Source of the DNA: an uncultured Muribaculaceae bacterium
Lineage (GTDB): Bacteria; Bacillota_I; Bacilli_A; RF39; UBA660
DNA length: 56,662 bases
Direction of reading: 5' to 3'
Assembly (NCBI GenBank): GCA_964402155.1
Contig: CAYOAY010000002.1
Coordinates: 1-56,662 of the forward strand
Part shown: positions 9,792 to 21,307 of the stretch, piece by piece
How positions within the stretch are numbered: the first letter of the stretch is position 1
Layout of the letters: each line of letters begins with the position of its first letter
Made by a program: the position numbers and the translations under genes
The notes under the pieces: generated by a model
The model's input: only the letters and a program-made list of their open reading frames with translations
What the model was told of the DNA's origin: nothing
The model's database searches: none

Positions 9792-10658
9792 ATGCAAGTT
9801 TTATGTTTTGATATTGGCGGTACTGATATTAAATATGGTATCGTAAAAGATGAAGTAATAATTGAAAAACACAAAGTTCCAACAGAAGCAAAATCTTCAC
9901 AAAAGGAACTTGAAAAAAAACTTTATAATCTAACAACTGAAATGTTAGCAAAATATGAAGTAGTAGGGGTTGGTGTTTCATGCGCTGGAAGTATTGACCA
10001 TGAACATGGTGTTGTTGCGACACCACCAGAGGCAATACCAAGTTTTGGTGGATGGGACTTTAAATCATTTTTTAAGAATAATTTTAATTTAGAATGCGTG
10101 GCTGATAATGATGTAAATTGCTTTGCGATTGCTGAAGGAACAAGCGGCGCAGCTAAAGATTTTAAAAACTTCTTTACCATTACAGTTGGTACTGGTATTG
10201 GTGGTGCTGTTGTATTTAATGGTAAAATTTGGAGAGGATTAAATTATAATGCTGGTGAAGTAGGAAGAATGCTTCTACCAAAAGAAAAGTTTGAAGCCCT
10301 TGCTTCGGTTACAGCATTAGTTAAGTATGCACAAGATTTAGGATTAGATGTTCATAATGGTAAAGAAATCTTTGATTTATATGATCAAGATGATTTCCTT
10401 GCGGAACAAGCAGTAGCTAATTTTTATCATTATTTAGCTGTAGGTATTGCTAATTTAATATATACATTTAATCCCGAAGCATTTGTTATTGGTGGAGGAA
10501 TCACTAATAGAGAATGCTTTATAGATGAATTGAATAAAACAATTAATAGATATTTAGTTGATGGCTTTAAAAATACTGCTATTATTAGAAGAGCACATTA
10601 CAAAAATGATGGTGGTATGATGGGAGCTTATTATAACTTTGTATCAAGAAAGGAATAA
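9792..10658 (+). CDS. ROK-family sugar kinase (glucokinase-like)
   Basis: CFDIGGTDIKYG ATP-binding N-terminus, ADNDVNCFAIAE, GTGIGGAVV. SD TAGGAGGGA is upstream of ATG 9792. Confidence 0.85.
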   Translation: MQVLCFDIGGTDIKYGIVKDEVIIEKHKVPTEAKSSQKELEKKLYNLTTEMLAKYEVVGVGVSCAGSIDHEHGVVATPPEAIPSFGGWDFKSFFKNNFNLECVADNDVNCFAIAEGTSGAAKDFKNFFTITVGTGIGGAVVFNGKIWRGLNYNAGEVGRMLLPKEKFEALASVTALVKYAQDLGLDVHNGKEIFDLYDQDDFLAEQAVANFYHYLAVGIANLIYTFNPEAFVIGGGITNRECFIDELNKTINRYLVDGFKNTAIIRRAHYKNDGGMMGAYYNFVSRKE

Positions 10659-10659
10659 T

Positions 10660-12366
10660 ATGGAACAATATATTTTAGATAAAATTAATTTATGGAAATC
10701 ATTTAATGAATTAGATATAGATTTAAAGAATGAATTAGCAAATATTGAAAATGATGAAGAAGCATTAATGGATGCATTTTCAACAGATATTGCTTTTGGT
10801 ACAGGTGGATTAAGAGGTATTTTAGGAGTTGGTACAAATCGAATGAATATATATGTGGTTCGTAAAACTACAAAAGGATTCTATCAATATATGGCTGAAA
10901 AATACCCTAATATTAAAAACCAAGGTGTTGTAATTTCATATGATTGTAGAAAAAATTCATATTTATTTGCGCGTACGGCAGCAGAAGTAATTGCAAGTGA
11001 AGGCGTTAAGGTTTATGTCTTTTCAAGTTTAAGATCTACACCTGAACTTAGTTTTTCGGTTAGACATTTAGGATGTGCTGGTGGTATCATGATTACAGCA
11101 AGTCACAATCCTCCTATTTATAATGGATATAAGGTTTATGATGATAAAGGATGCCAATTAATTCCCGAACTTGCTGATGAAGTAATTGATAAAATTAATA
11201 AGATTGATGATATGTTCCATATTGAAACTAAATCATTTGATTGTCTTGTAAATGAAGGTCTTATTAAAGTAATTGATGAAGAAGTGGATAAACCATATGT
11301 TGAAATGGTAAAAACAGTAACTGTACAAGATGTACCTACAAGTAATATTAAAATTGTTTATACTCCTTTACATGGAACAGGAGCATCACATATGGTTAAT
11401 ATCTTAACTGATAAAGGATATCATGTAATACCAGTTGAAGAACAAATGATTCCTGATGGTAATTTTAGTACTTTAAAATCACCAAACCCTGAAGAAGCTT
11501 CTGCTTTTGAATATGCAATTAAGCTTGGTAAAGAAAAAAATGCTGATATCTTAATTGCTACTGACCCTGATGCTGATAGAATGGGGATTGCTGCTAAAAA
11601 TAAACAAGGTGAATATGTTTTATTAACAGGTAATCAAACAGGTGCAATTCTTTTAGATTATCTTGCTAAGTTTAAACATATTGATAAAAAACGTGTTGTA
11701 TTTAATACAATTGTTACTTCGAATCTTGCTGCAGCTATTTGTAAAAAATATGATATGGGACTAGTTCAAACATTAACGGGTTTTAAATTTATTGGTGAAC
11801 AAGCCGCAATATTAGAAAATAGTAGTGACAAAGCATTTTTCTTTGGTTATGAAGAATCATATGGATATGTTATAAAAGATTTTGTTCGTGATAAAGATTC
11901 ATTCCAAGCATCATTATTACTTGCTGAAGTTGCATCATATTATAAAACTTTAAATATGACTTTGATTGATGCGTTAGAAAAAATATTTGAAGAATATGGT
12001 TATTATTTAGAAGGAGTTCATAATATAGCGCTTGCAGGTACTCAAGGTAGTGCAAGAATTGAAAAAATTATGCGTACTTTCCAAAATATGCAATTAAATG
12101 AAATTGCTGGAAAACATATTAAAACATATGAAGACTATGATTCTTTAGAAAAACATGAAGATGGAATTACTTCTAAATTAACTCTACCTAGATCATTTGT
12201 TTTAAAATATATTTTTGATGATGGTGGTTGGTTTGTATTACGTCCATCTGGAACCGAACCAAAATTAAAGATATATATTGCGATTAAAGGAAATACTAAA
12301 GAAGAAGCTACTACGCTAATTACAAAATTAAAAAGTGAAATTCTAAAAATAATTGATAATATTTAA
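10660..12366 (+). CDS. pgcA: alpha-phosphoglucomutase / phosphomannomutase (phosphohexomutase family)
   Basis: Active-site TASHNPPIYNGYKVY, GTGGLRG, metal loop DPDADR, C-terminal RPSGTEPKLK. Confidence 0.9.
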   Translation: MEQYILDKINLWKSFNELDIDLKNELANIENDEEALMDAFSTDIAFGTGGLRGILGVGTNRMNIYVVRKTTKGFYQYMAEKYPNIKNQGVVISYDCRKNSYLFARTAAEVIASEGVKVYVFSSLRSTPELSFSVRHLGCAGGIMITASHNPPIYNGYKVYDDKGCQLIPELADEVIDKINKIDDMFHIETKSFDCLVNEGLIKVIDEEVDKPYVEMVKTVTVQDVPTSNIKIVYTPLHGTGASHMVNILTDKGYHVIPVEEQMIPDGNFSTLKSPNPEEASAFEYAIKLGKEKNADILIATDPDADRMGIAAKNKQGEYVLLTGNQTGAILLDYLAKFKHIDKKRVVFNTIVTSNLAAAICKKYDMGLVQTLTGFKFIGEQAAILENSSDKAFFFGYEESYGYVIKDFVRDKDSFQASLLLAEVASYYKTLNMTLIDALEKIFEEYGYYLEGVHNIALAGTQGSARIEKIMRTFQNMQLNEIAGKHIKTYEDYDSLEKHEDGITSKLTLPRSFVLKYIFDDGGWFVLRPSGTEPKLKIYIAIKGNTKEEATTLITKLKSEILKIIDNI

Positions 12367-12376
12367 GAGGTGTCAA

Positions 12377-13690
12377 ATGAAAATTAATTATCAAAATGTA
12401 TTAAAGTTTGTATCTAATGAAGAAATAAAAAACAATGAAACTAAAACTTTACAAGCATTTAATACACTTTTAAACAAAACTGGAGAAGGTAATGATTTCT
12501 TAGGCTGGATTAAATATCCATATGAATATGACCATGAGGAATTTGAAAGAATAAAAAAAGCCGCAAGTTTTATTAAAGAAACAGCGGAAGTATTAGTTGT
12601 AATTGGTATTGGTGGTTCATATCTTGGAGCCAAAGCAGTAATTGAAGCACTTACTCCATATTTTAAAAAGTCAGGTGTTGAAATTGTTTTCTGTGGAAAT
12701 ACATTATCATCTACATATACTCATGAATTATTAGAATATGTTAAAGACAAATCTTTCTGTATTAATGTAATATCAAAATCTGGTACTACAACTGAACCTG
12801 CAGTTGCATTTAGATTATTTAAAGAATTATTAGAAGAAAAATATGGTAGTGAAGCATCAAAGCGAATTTTCGCTACAACTGATAAATCAAAAGGAGCTTT
12901 AAGAGAATTATCTACTAGTGAAGGATATGAAACATTTATTGTTCCTGATGATATTGGTGGTAGATATTCTTGGTTTACGGCAGTTGGCCTTTTACCAATT
13001 GCATGTGCTGGCATTGATATTGATAGTTTAATGAAAGGTTCAAAAGATGCTTACGATGAACTTACTAAACTTCCTTATGAAGATAATCCTGCTCTATTAT
13101 ATGCTTCAATAAGAAATATATTATATAATAAAAATAAAAAGATTGAAGTTTTAGTAAGTTATGAACCAAAATTATCATTTATTAGTGAATGGTGGAAACA
13201 ACTATTTGGTGAATCTGAGGGTAAAGATAATTTAGGTATTTTTCCATCAAGCTTAGTTTATTCAACTGACTTACACTCAATGGGTCAATACATTCAAGAT
13301 GGTGAAAGAATTATGTTTGAAACAATTCTTCACATTAATAAACCAACAAGTGATATAACTTTAAAAGAAGAACAAAGTAATTTAGATGGTCTTAATTATT
13401 TAAAAGGTAAAACGTTAAATAGTGTTAATCAAAAAGCTGAACTTGGAACAATTCTTGCGCATGTTGATGGTGGTGTACCTAACTTAGTACTTGAATTAGA
13501 AGAGGTTAATGCATATAATATTGGTTATTTATTATATTTCTTTATGTTAAGTTGTGGAACATGTTGTTATATGACAGGTGTTAATCCATTTAATCAACCT
13601 GGTGTAGAAAGTTATAAGAAAAATATGTTTGCATTACTTGGTAAACCAGGTTATGAAGAACTTAAAAAAGATCTTGAAAAAAGATTATAA
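12377..13690 (+). CDS. pgi: glucose-6-phosphate isomerase
   Basis: GIGGSYLGAKA, SKSGTTTEP, GESEGK. About 437 aa, the short Firmicute type. SD AAGAGGTG precedes ATG 12377. Confidence 0.95.
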   Translation: MKINYQNVLKFVSNEEIKNNETKTLQAFNTLLNKTGEGNDFLGWIKYPYEYDHEEFERIKKAASFIKETAEVLVVIGIGGSYLGAKAVIEALTPYFKKSGVEIVFCGNTLSSTYTHELLEYVKDKSFCINVISKSGTTTEPAVAFRLFKELLEEKYGSEASKRIFATTDKSKGALRELSTSEGYETFIVPDDIGGRYSWFTAVGLLPIACAGIDIDSLMKGSKDAYDELTKLPYEDNPALLYASIRNILYNKNKKIEVLVSYEPKLSFISEWWKQLFGESEGKDNLGIFPSSLVYSTDLHSMGQYIQDGERIMFETILHINKPTSDITLKEEQSNLDGLNYLKGKTLNSVNQKAELGTILAHVDGGVPNLVLELEEVNAYNIGYLLYFFMLSCGTCCYMTGVNPFNQPGVESYKKNMFALLGKPGYEELKKDLEKRL

Positions 13691-13701
13691 TTAAAAACAT
13701 T

Positions 13702-13757
13702 AGTCCTTTCTTGTTATACTTTGTATAATTGCAAAAGTAATAACGTAAGGACTTTTA
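13702..13757 (+). terminator. probable terminator (interrupted long hairpin)
   Basis: AGTCCTT (13702-08) pairs with AAGGACT (13747-53); inner pairing GTTAT/ATAAC; followed by TTTT. Confidence 0.45.
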
Positions 13758-13770
13758 ATATACTGATAAC

Positions 13771-13799
13771 TTGAAAAATAATTATAAAAAGTGTATAAT
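13771..13799 (+). promoter_or_regulatory. sigma-A-type promoter of tgt
   Basis: TTGAAA (13771-76), 17-nt spacer, TATAAT (13794-99). Confidence 0.55.
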
Positions 13800-13813
13800 C
13801 TGTATTAGTATAA

Positions 13814-15875
<2,062 letters not shown>

Positions 15876-15878
<3 letters not shown>

Positions 15879-15905
15879 CTAGGAGACTAGTTAGTCTTTT
15901 TTTTA
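15876..15905 (+). terminator. rho-independent terminator
   Basis: TAACTAG-GAGA-CTAGTTA hairpin, then a T-run. Confidence 0.6.
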
Positions 15906-15949
15906 ATAATTTAGAACTATATTTCATATAATTTATTGGTGAAGTAGTA

Positions 15950-17047
15950 ATGACTAAAAATAAAAAAATTGATTATCCCTTATTAATAATATTTACTATG
16001 TTAGTTATTATAGGAGAATTCATGGTATATAGTGCCAGCAATGTTGTTGCTTTATATAAATATAATGATGCATTTTATTTTTTAAAAAGAGAATTATTAT
16101 TTTGTATTATAGGTATCATTTTAATGTATATAATTATGAAAATAGACATTAATAAAATCATAAAACATACTACAATTATTTTTATTATTAGTTGTCTATT
16201 ACTTATTCTGGTGTTAATTCCTGGAATTGGTGTTGTTAGAGGTGGAGCTCGAAGTTGGATTGGATTTGGTAGTTTTAGTTTTCAACCAGCTGAATTTGTA
16301 AAGTTAACTATTATTTTATTACTTGCTAAATATTTAGGAAATAATGATAGTGACTTAACTAAATTAAAGAATTTTATTGGTATTTTAGCTATTATTATTT
16401 TGGTATTTGGATTAATAATGTTACAACCAGATTTTGGGACTGGTATTGTTCTTTTAATTTCTTGTTTGTTACTTTTATTTTGTAGTGGAGCACCAATTAA
16501 ATATTTTATGTTTCTTTTTCTTTTTGGAATAATTGGAGTTGCTATTTTAATTATTAGTGCACCGTATCGAATGGAACGGATTCTTGCCTTTTTTGATCCA
16601 TGGTCTGATCCTTTAGGTAGTGGGTTTCAAATAATTCAATCTCTATATGCTATATCACCAAGTGGTATCTTTGGTCTTGGTTTTAATAAATCAATGCAAA
16701 AACATTTCTTTTTACCAGAACCACAAAATGATTTCATTTTCGCAATTATTTGTGAAGAAATGGGGCTAATTGGAGGAGTTGTAGTTATAATTTTATTTGG
16801 ATTATTAATATATCGAATTATTAGAATTTCATTAAAAATTAATAATAATCAATTTAAATATATCTGTTTGGGAATTGCTTTTATATATTTTACTCAAGTA
16901 TTTATTAATTTAGGAGTTGTAACTGGATTGTTACCTGTTACGGGGGTAACGCTGCCAATTATTAGTTATGGAGGTTCAAGTTTAGTTTTATCAATGGTAA
17001 TGATAGGTATTGTTTTAAATATCAGTTATTATCAAGAAATAGTGTAA
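15950..17047 (+). CDS. ftsW: SEDS-family peptidoglycan glycosyltransferase (FtsW/SpoVE/RodA)
   Basis: Ten-TM profile, QPAEFVKL, QPDFGT, lies upstream of murG-murB as spoVE does in Bacillus. Confidence 0.9.
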   Translation: MTKNKKIDYPLLIIFTMLVIIGEFMVYSASNVVALYKYNDAFYFLKRELLFCIIGIILMYIIMKIDINKIIKHTTIIFIISCLLLILVLIPGIGVVRGGARSWIGFGSFSFQPAEFVKLTIILLLAKYLGNNDSDLTKLKNFIGILAIIILVFGLIMLQPDFGTGIVLLISCLLLLFCSGAPIKYFMFLFLFGIIGVAILIISAPYRMERILAFFDPWSDPLGSGFQIIQSLYAISPSGIFGLGFNKSMQKHFFLPEPQNDFIFAIICEEMGLIGGVVVIILFGLLIYRIIRISLKINNNQFKYICLGIAFIYFTQVFINLGVVTGLLPVTGVTLPIISYGGSSLVLSMVMIGIVLNISYYQEIV

Positions 17048-17093
17048 TTAAAAAAAGTTATTAAACATATAATTAATTAAGAGGGTGTAATAG

Positions 17094-18140
17094 ATGAAGA
17101 TTGCATTTTGTGGAGGAGGAACGCTAGGACATATATATCCAGCACTTAGTATTATTAATAAATGTAAGGAAATTTATTCTAAATGTGATATAACATTAAT
17201 TTGTAATATATGTGATAAAGAAAAATTAAAAAAAATAGATACAAAGAATATATCAAATATTTATTATTTAAACTGTAAAGGTCGGTCTAACAAGATAATA
17301 AACAATATAAAGATGATATATATTAATTTAAAAGAAATTAATAAAATAAAATTACTTTTAAAAAAAGAAAGATTTGATGTAATTATAGGAATGGGAGGAT
17401 ATATTAGTGGAATGGTTATTAAACAAGCTCAAAAATTAAAAATACCATCAATTATTCATGAACAAAATAGTGTAATTGGATTAGCTAATAAACTAGTTGT
17501 TAAAAAAGCTTCCTTATTTTTAACAACATTTCCTCTTCCATCGTATAATGATAATCAAGTAGTAGTGGGAAATCCTAGATATTATGATGCAAAAGAAGAA
17601 AATAGTGAGTATCGCTCAAAGAAAAATCTATTAATTACTTCTGGTAGTCTTGGTTCTGAAAAAATAAATGAAATGGCAATTGAATTTTTAAATAGTGATT
17701 TTAGTAAGAACTATACAACTACTTTAGTTACAGGTGTTAAATATTATGATACTGTAAAGGAAAAACTTAAAAGCGGTACTCATTATGAAGTTATTGCTTA
17801 TAGTACTGATATGTTAAATTTAATGAAAACAGCAGGGATTGTAATTTCTAGAAGTGGATCCACAACGATATTTGAAATACTTGGTTCGGGATGCATTCCT
17901 ATTTTTATTCCATCGCCTAATGTTACCGCGAATCATCAATTCTTTAATGCTAATTATATTATATCTTTAGGGATTGGTGAATTAATTAAAGAAAATGACT
18001 TAACCCTTGAACAATTAGAAAAAACAATACTTAAAATTGATAATAATTATATTGATTACATCGAGCAATTAAATAATTATATTCCTCCAAAAAAAGTGGA
18101 AGAAATAATAGATTATATATTAAAGTTTAGGAAACAATAA
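17094..18140 (+). CDS. murG: undecaprenyl-PP-MurNAc-pentapeptide N-acetylglucosamine transferase
   Basis: GGGTLGHIYPAL, HEQNSV, SRSGSTTIFE. Confidence 0.9.
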   Translation: MKIAFCGGGTLGHIYPALSIINKCKEIYSKCDITLICNICDKEKLKKIDTKNISNIYYLNCKGRSNKIINNIKMIYINLKEINKIKLLLKKERFDVIIGMGGYISGMVIKQAQKLKIPSIIHEQNSVIGLANKLVVKKASLFLTTFPLPSYNDNQVVVGNPRYYDAKEENSEYRSKKNLLITSGSLGSEKINEMAIEFLNSDFSKNYTTTLVTGVKYYDTVKEKLKSGTHYEVIAYSTDMLNLMKTAGIVISRSGSTTIFEILGSGCIPIFIPSPNVTANHQFFNANYIISLGIGELIKENDLTLEQLEKTILKIDNNYIDYIEQLNNYIPPKKVEEIIDYILKFRKQ

Positions 18141-18142
18141 AA

Positions 18143-19075
18143 ATGGATAAAATTAAAGAGTTTTCTAGATATGTTACAAAATGTAATTTGGGTGAAATTA
18201 AAGAAGATGTTAGTTTTAAGAAATTAACTTCCTTAAGGATTGGTGGAATATGTAAGTTATTATATATTCCAAATGATATTGAAAGTTTAAGTCTTAGTCT
18301 TAGATATTTAAACGATAATAAGATTAGGTATTATGTGATTGGTAATGGGACTAATTTATTAGTAAATGATATATATTTTGAAATGGTTTTAATTAGTTTA
18401 AATAAATTAAAAAAATTTGAATTAATTAAAGAAAATGAAAGTAACTATTATTTTTATGTTGAATCAGGAGTAAGTACTTCTATTGTGGCTCAAGTACTTG
18501 CAAGTAGGAATATAAGTGGTGTCGAATTTATGGGCGTTATTCCAGGGTCTATTGGTGGTGCTACATATATGAATGCAGGGGCATACAAGAAAAGTATAAG
18601 TGAAATCATTGATTCAATTACTTATTTTGATGAATCTGGATTTTTACAAACAGCACTTAATAAAAATGATAATTTTAAGTTTAGATATCGCTTTTCAAAA
18701 TTTAAAAAAACAAAGATGATTATCGTTTCATTAATTATTAAGTTACCTAAATTAATGTATACAGAAACGCCTCTTGATAAAGTTAATAGATACTTAAATA
18801 AAAAAAGAATTGACCAACCCCTTAATAGTTATAATGCGGGGAGCACATTTAAAAATAACTTTGATAGTTATTATGCCTGGCAAATTATTGACCAACTTGG
18901 ATATCGGGGGAAAAATATAGGAGATGCTTATGTTAGTACTAAGCATGCAAATTTTATAATAAATAATGGTAATGCTAAATTTATAGATATGATTACATTA
19001 ATTCAAATGATAAAATATGATGCGAAGAATAAATTAAATATTGATTTAGAAATAGAATGGGAAATATTACAATAA
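18143..19075 (+). CDS. murB: UDP-N-acetylenolpyruvoylglucosamine reductase
   Basis: LRIGG, GNGTNLL, GGATYMNAGAY, AGSTFKN. Confidence 0.9.
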   Translation: MDKIKEFSRYVTKCNLGEIKEDVSFKKLTSLRIGGICKLLYIPNDIESLSLSLRYLNDNKIRYYVIGNGTNLLVNDIYFEMVLISLNKLKKFELIKENESNYYFYVESGVSTSIVAQVLASRNISGVEFMGVIPGSIGGATYMNAGAYKKSISEIIDSITYFDESGFLQTALNKNDNFKFRYRFSKFKKTKMIIVSLIIKLPKLMYTETPLDKVNRYLNKKRIDQPLNSYNAGSTFKNNFDSYYAWQIIDQLGYRGKNIGDAYVSTKHANFIINNGNAKFIDMITLIQMIKYDAKNKLNIDLEIEWEILQ

Positions 19076-19088
19076 CCCATTCTTTTTA
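19055..19088 (+). terminator. rho-independent terminator overlapping the murB stop
   Basis: GAATGGG (19055-61) / CCCATTC (19076-82) followed by TTTTT. Confidence 0.6.
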
Positions 19089-19126
19089 TTAGTTATTTCA
19101 TAATATAATAATGGAGGCGAAAGACA

Positions 19127-19537
19127 ATGCAAAAGCATATTAATTATTTTGATATTCCTTATCGTAATATCAATAAAAATGAAGATCTTAGTAAGTTTTA
19201 CATTCCAAGTCTTGCATTATCAAATGGAACAGTATTAAAAAAACTAACAAATAAATATAAAAATTATTCTACTAAAATAATTACTATTACTGACTCTAAA
19301 GATGGTTTACTAAGATTAATTCAGTCATACTATTTTACTTTAGCTGATCTTGCATTATATTTAGATATTCATAATGATGATCAGGAAGCATTAAATTTGT
19401 ATAATAATTATACAAGAGGATTAAAAGAAGCTATGGATAAATATGAATCAATATTTGGTCCTTTACTATTATTTAATCATGAAAATAATATATGGCAATG
19501 GGTTAATGGATGGCCATATGAAGGAGGAAAAAAATAA
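19127..19537 (+). CDS. spore-coat protein, apparent CotJA-CotJB fusion
   Basis: N-terminal part IPYRNIN...FYIPSLALSNGTVLKKL resembles the CotJA signature. C-terminal part ADLALYLDIHNDDQEALNLYNNY...FGPLL...WPYEG is CotJB-like. TAATG overlap with cotJC. Confidence 0.6.
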   Translation: MQKHINYFDIPYRNINKNEDLSKFYIPSLALSNGTVLKKLTNKYKNYSTKIITITDSKDGLLRLIQSYYFTLADLALYLDIHNDDQEALNLYNNYTRGLKEAMDKYESIFGPLLLFNHENNIWQWVNGWPYEGGKK

Positions 19538-20094
19538 TGTTTATATATATGAAAACTTTAATGTATCCAGTAAATATTAAAAAACGTGACTTAAAGATGG
19601 CATCACTTATTGCGACTCAATATGGAGGACCACAAGGAGAACTTGGTGCCGCATTAAGATATTTAAATCAAAGAGTAACAATGCCTGATGAAAAGGGAAA
19701 ATCCCTTCTATCAGATATTGGTACAGAAGAAATATCTCATGTTGAAATGATTCAAGCAATGATGCATCAACTTATGGCCGGAGCAACAATTGATGAAATA
19801 AAAGAAGCGGGATTAGAATCATATTATGTTGAACATGGAAATGATATATTTCCAGCAAGTAGTGATGGCATACCTTTTACAACCGCATATATATCTTCGG
19901 TAGGAGATCCTATTGCTAATCTAACAGAAGACCTTGCGGCAGAAGAGAAAGCAAGAACAATGTATGAACATTTAATTGACCTCGCAACGGACCCTGATGT
20001 TATTGAACCTTTACTTTTCCTAAGAGAAAGGGAAGTTGTTCATTATGCTCGATTTAAAGAGTTACTTGAAGAATATAAAGAAAAGTATAAATAA
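19537..20094 (+). CDS. cotJC: spore-coat protein CotJC (manganese-catalase family)
   Basis: YPVNIKKRDLKMASLIATQYGGPQGELGAALRYLNQR, GTEEISHVEMI. Confidence 0.9.
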   Translation: MFIYMKTLMYPVNIKKRDLKMASLIATQYGGPQGELGAALRYLNQRVTMPDEKGKSLLSDIGTEEISHVEMIQAMMHQLMAGATIDEIKEAGLESYYVEHGNDIFPASSDGIPFTTAYISSVGDPIANLTEDLAAEEKARTMYEHLIDLATDPDVIEPLLFLREREVVHYARFKELLEEYKEKYK

Positions 20095-20100
20095 GAAAAA

Positions 20101-20118
20101 ATAGAGGATATCCTCTAT
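20101..20118. terminator. bidirectional terminator (perfect palindrome)
   Basis: ATAGAGGAT/ATCCTCTAT flanked by an A-run and a T-run, between convergent cotJC and the MarR-GNAT gene. Confidence 0.75.
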
Positions 20119-20143
20119 TTTCTTTGCTAATTATATGTAATAA

Positions 20144-21124
20144 TTATTTTCTATAATAATATAATAATTCCTTAGATACATTACTCCAAAGTTTATTAAT
20201 TTCTTCTTCTGTAACAGTTCCCCCATAACTTAATATCATAAATTCAACATTACGTTGAATATAGGTAATTGTAGTATCAACAAAACCAGAACGCAAATAA
20301 AATTTTTTTCTTTTAATGCGTTGAAGTTTATTTGTTGAATCATAATCTTCCTTTTCGATATCCGCAAGTAATACTTTACTTTCATGATGCTTTTTTATTA
20401 GTTCTAGGGCTTGACTACCAAAACCACGATTTCGATATTTTGAGCTCATCGCAAAATAAAGTAAATAAACAATATTTTCGTATGCTATTGTAGAACAAAA
20501 TCCAACAAAACTATTTTTATATGTGAATACATATGTATTAATATCACCAAGTTTTTTACTTAATAAATCATCGAGTGGTATTTGTTCATTTATAGGAAAT
20601 GCTTCATGATATATTTTTTTTAAATCATTGTAATATGAATTATTATATACAAATATATCTAAATCATTTCGCATTCTTATTTGGTATAATTCATTAAAGT
20701 ATTGATTTGATTCATAATCAAGTTCTTTAGCGAATGTTCTAAGAAAGTCTAAATAATTGGTATTTTCTTTACAAGTATTATATGCTTTATTTTCAATATC
20801 ATAAATCGCACCTAAGACTTCATTTGAAAATATTTTACCATATTCGGTTATCTTTAAGTATTTTTCCTTTCTGTTTGTTTTGTTTTCTTCAAGTGTCAAA
20901 AGATTTCTTTCTTTACATTCTTGAACAATAGTGTTAATCGTTGTTTTAGGAATATTCCATGATTTACAGATATCAGATTGTGTGTGCGTTTTGCCATCAT
21001 CTAGGGCGTAAAGAAGTGATAATAAATCCTCTTTAATAATCAGTTTTTTCGCAATCTCTGAGTAAGTCTGATAAATGGAATTAACAAAGATCATGATATC
21101 CCTTATTTCTTGTCGATTATTCAT
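20144..21124 (-). CDS. MarR-type winged-helix regulator fused to a GNAT N-acetyltransferase
   Basis: N-terminal wHTH (QSDICKSWNIPKTTINTIVQECKERNLLTLEE). C-terminal GNAT acetyl-CoA motif SSKYRNRGFGSQALELIKK. SD GGAGG lies 6 nt upstream of the ATG. Confidence 0.8.
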   Translation of the reverse strand: MNNRQEIRDIMIFVNSIYQTYSEIAKKLIIKEDLLSLLYALDDGKTHTQSDICKSWNIPKTTINTIVQECKERNLLTLEENKTNRKEKYLKITEYGKIFSNEVLGAIYDIENKAYNTCKENTNYLDFLRTFAKELDYESNQYFNELYQIRMRNDLDIFVYNNSYYNDLKKIYHEAFPINEQIPLDDLLSKKLGDINTYVFTYKNSFVGFCSTIAYENIVYLLYFAMSSKYRNRGFGSQALELIKKHHESKVLLADIEKEDYDSTNKLQRIKRKKFYLRSGFVDTTITYIQRNVEFMILSYGGTVTEEEINKLWSNVSKELLYYYRK

Positions 21125-21162
21125 TTTTTTCCTCCTTTATAATAGTCCTAATTAGTACTTTG

Positions 21163-21191
21163 ATTATATCATAGATATATGAAAGTGTCAA
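21163..21191 (-). promoter_or_regulatory. consensus sigma-A promoter of the MarR-GNAT gene
   Basis: On the minus strand: TTGACA (complement of 21186-91), 17 nt, TGaTATAAT (complement of 21163-71). Confidence 0.65.
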
Positions 21192-21192
21192 G

Positions 21193-21212
21193 TAGTCAAA
21201 AAAGATTGACTA
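21193..21212. promoter_or_regulatory. operator-like inverted repeat between the divergent promoters
   Basis: TAGTCAA-N6-TTGACTA, a perfect 7-bp inverted repeat, preceded by a third GTCAA half-site at 21187-91. It overlaps the -35 of the + promoter and abuts the -35 of the - promoter. Confidence 0.55.
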
Positions 21213-21234
21213 AAATTTAAAAATATTATATAAT
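21206..21234 (+). promoter_or_regulatory. consensus sigma-A promoter of the yfcE-like/LRR-lipoprotein operon
   Basis: TTGACT (21206-11), 17 nt, TATAAT (21229-34). Confidence 0.65.
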
Positions 21235-21307
21235 TATTATATAATTATTATATCATTAATTTATAATTAAAATTGTCATAAATTGTAAAGGACGAGTAGG
21301 TGATGAT

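Noticed and set aside
19083-19126. Sigma-E promoter for cotJ (CATAATAT-like -10), and a sigma-F/G promoter for sigG at 30622-30652.
   Set aside because: Only partial hexamer matches are present and I could not confirm the spacing or the -35 partner. This is too weak to list as features.
21224-21270. 11-bp periodic TATAATTATTA direct repeats as a possible CRISPR-like or mobile-element repeat.
   Set aside because: There are only about three short AT-only units inside a promoter leader. There are no spacers and no flanking recombinase. It is noted only as part of the regulatory region.
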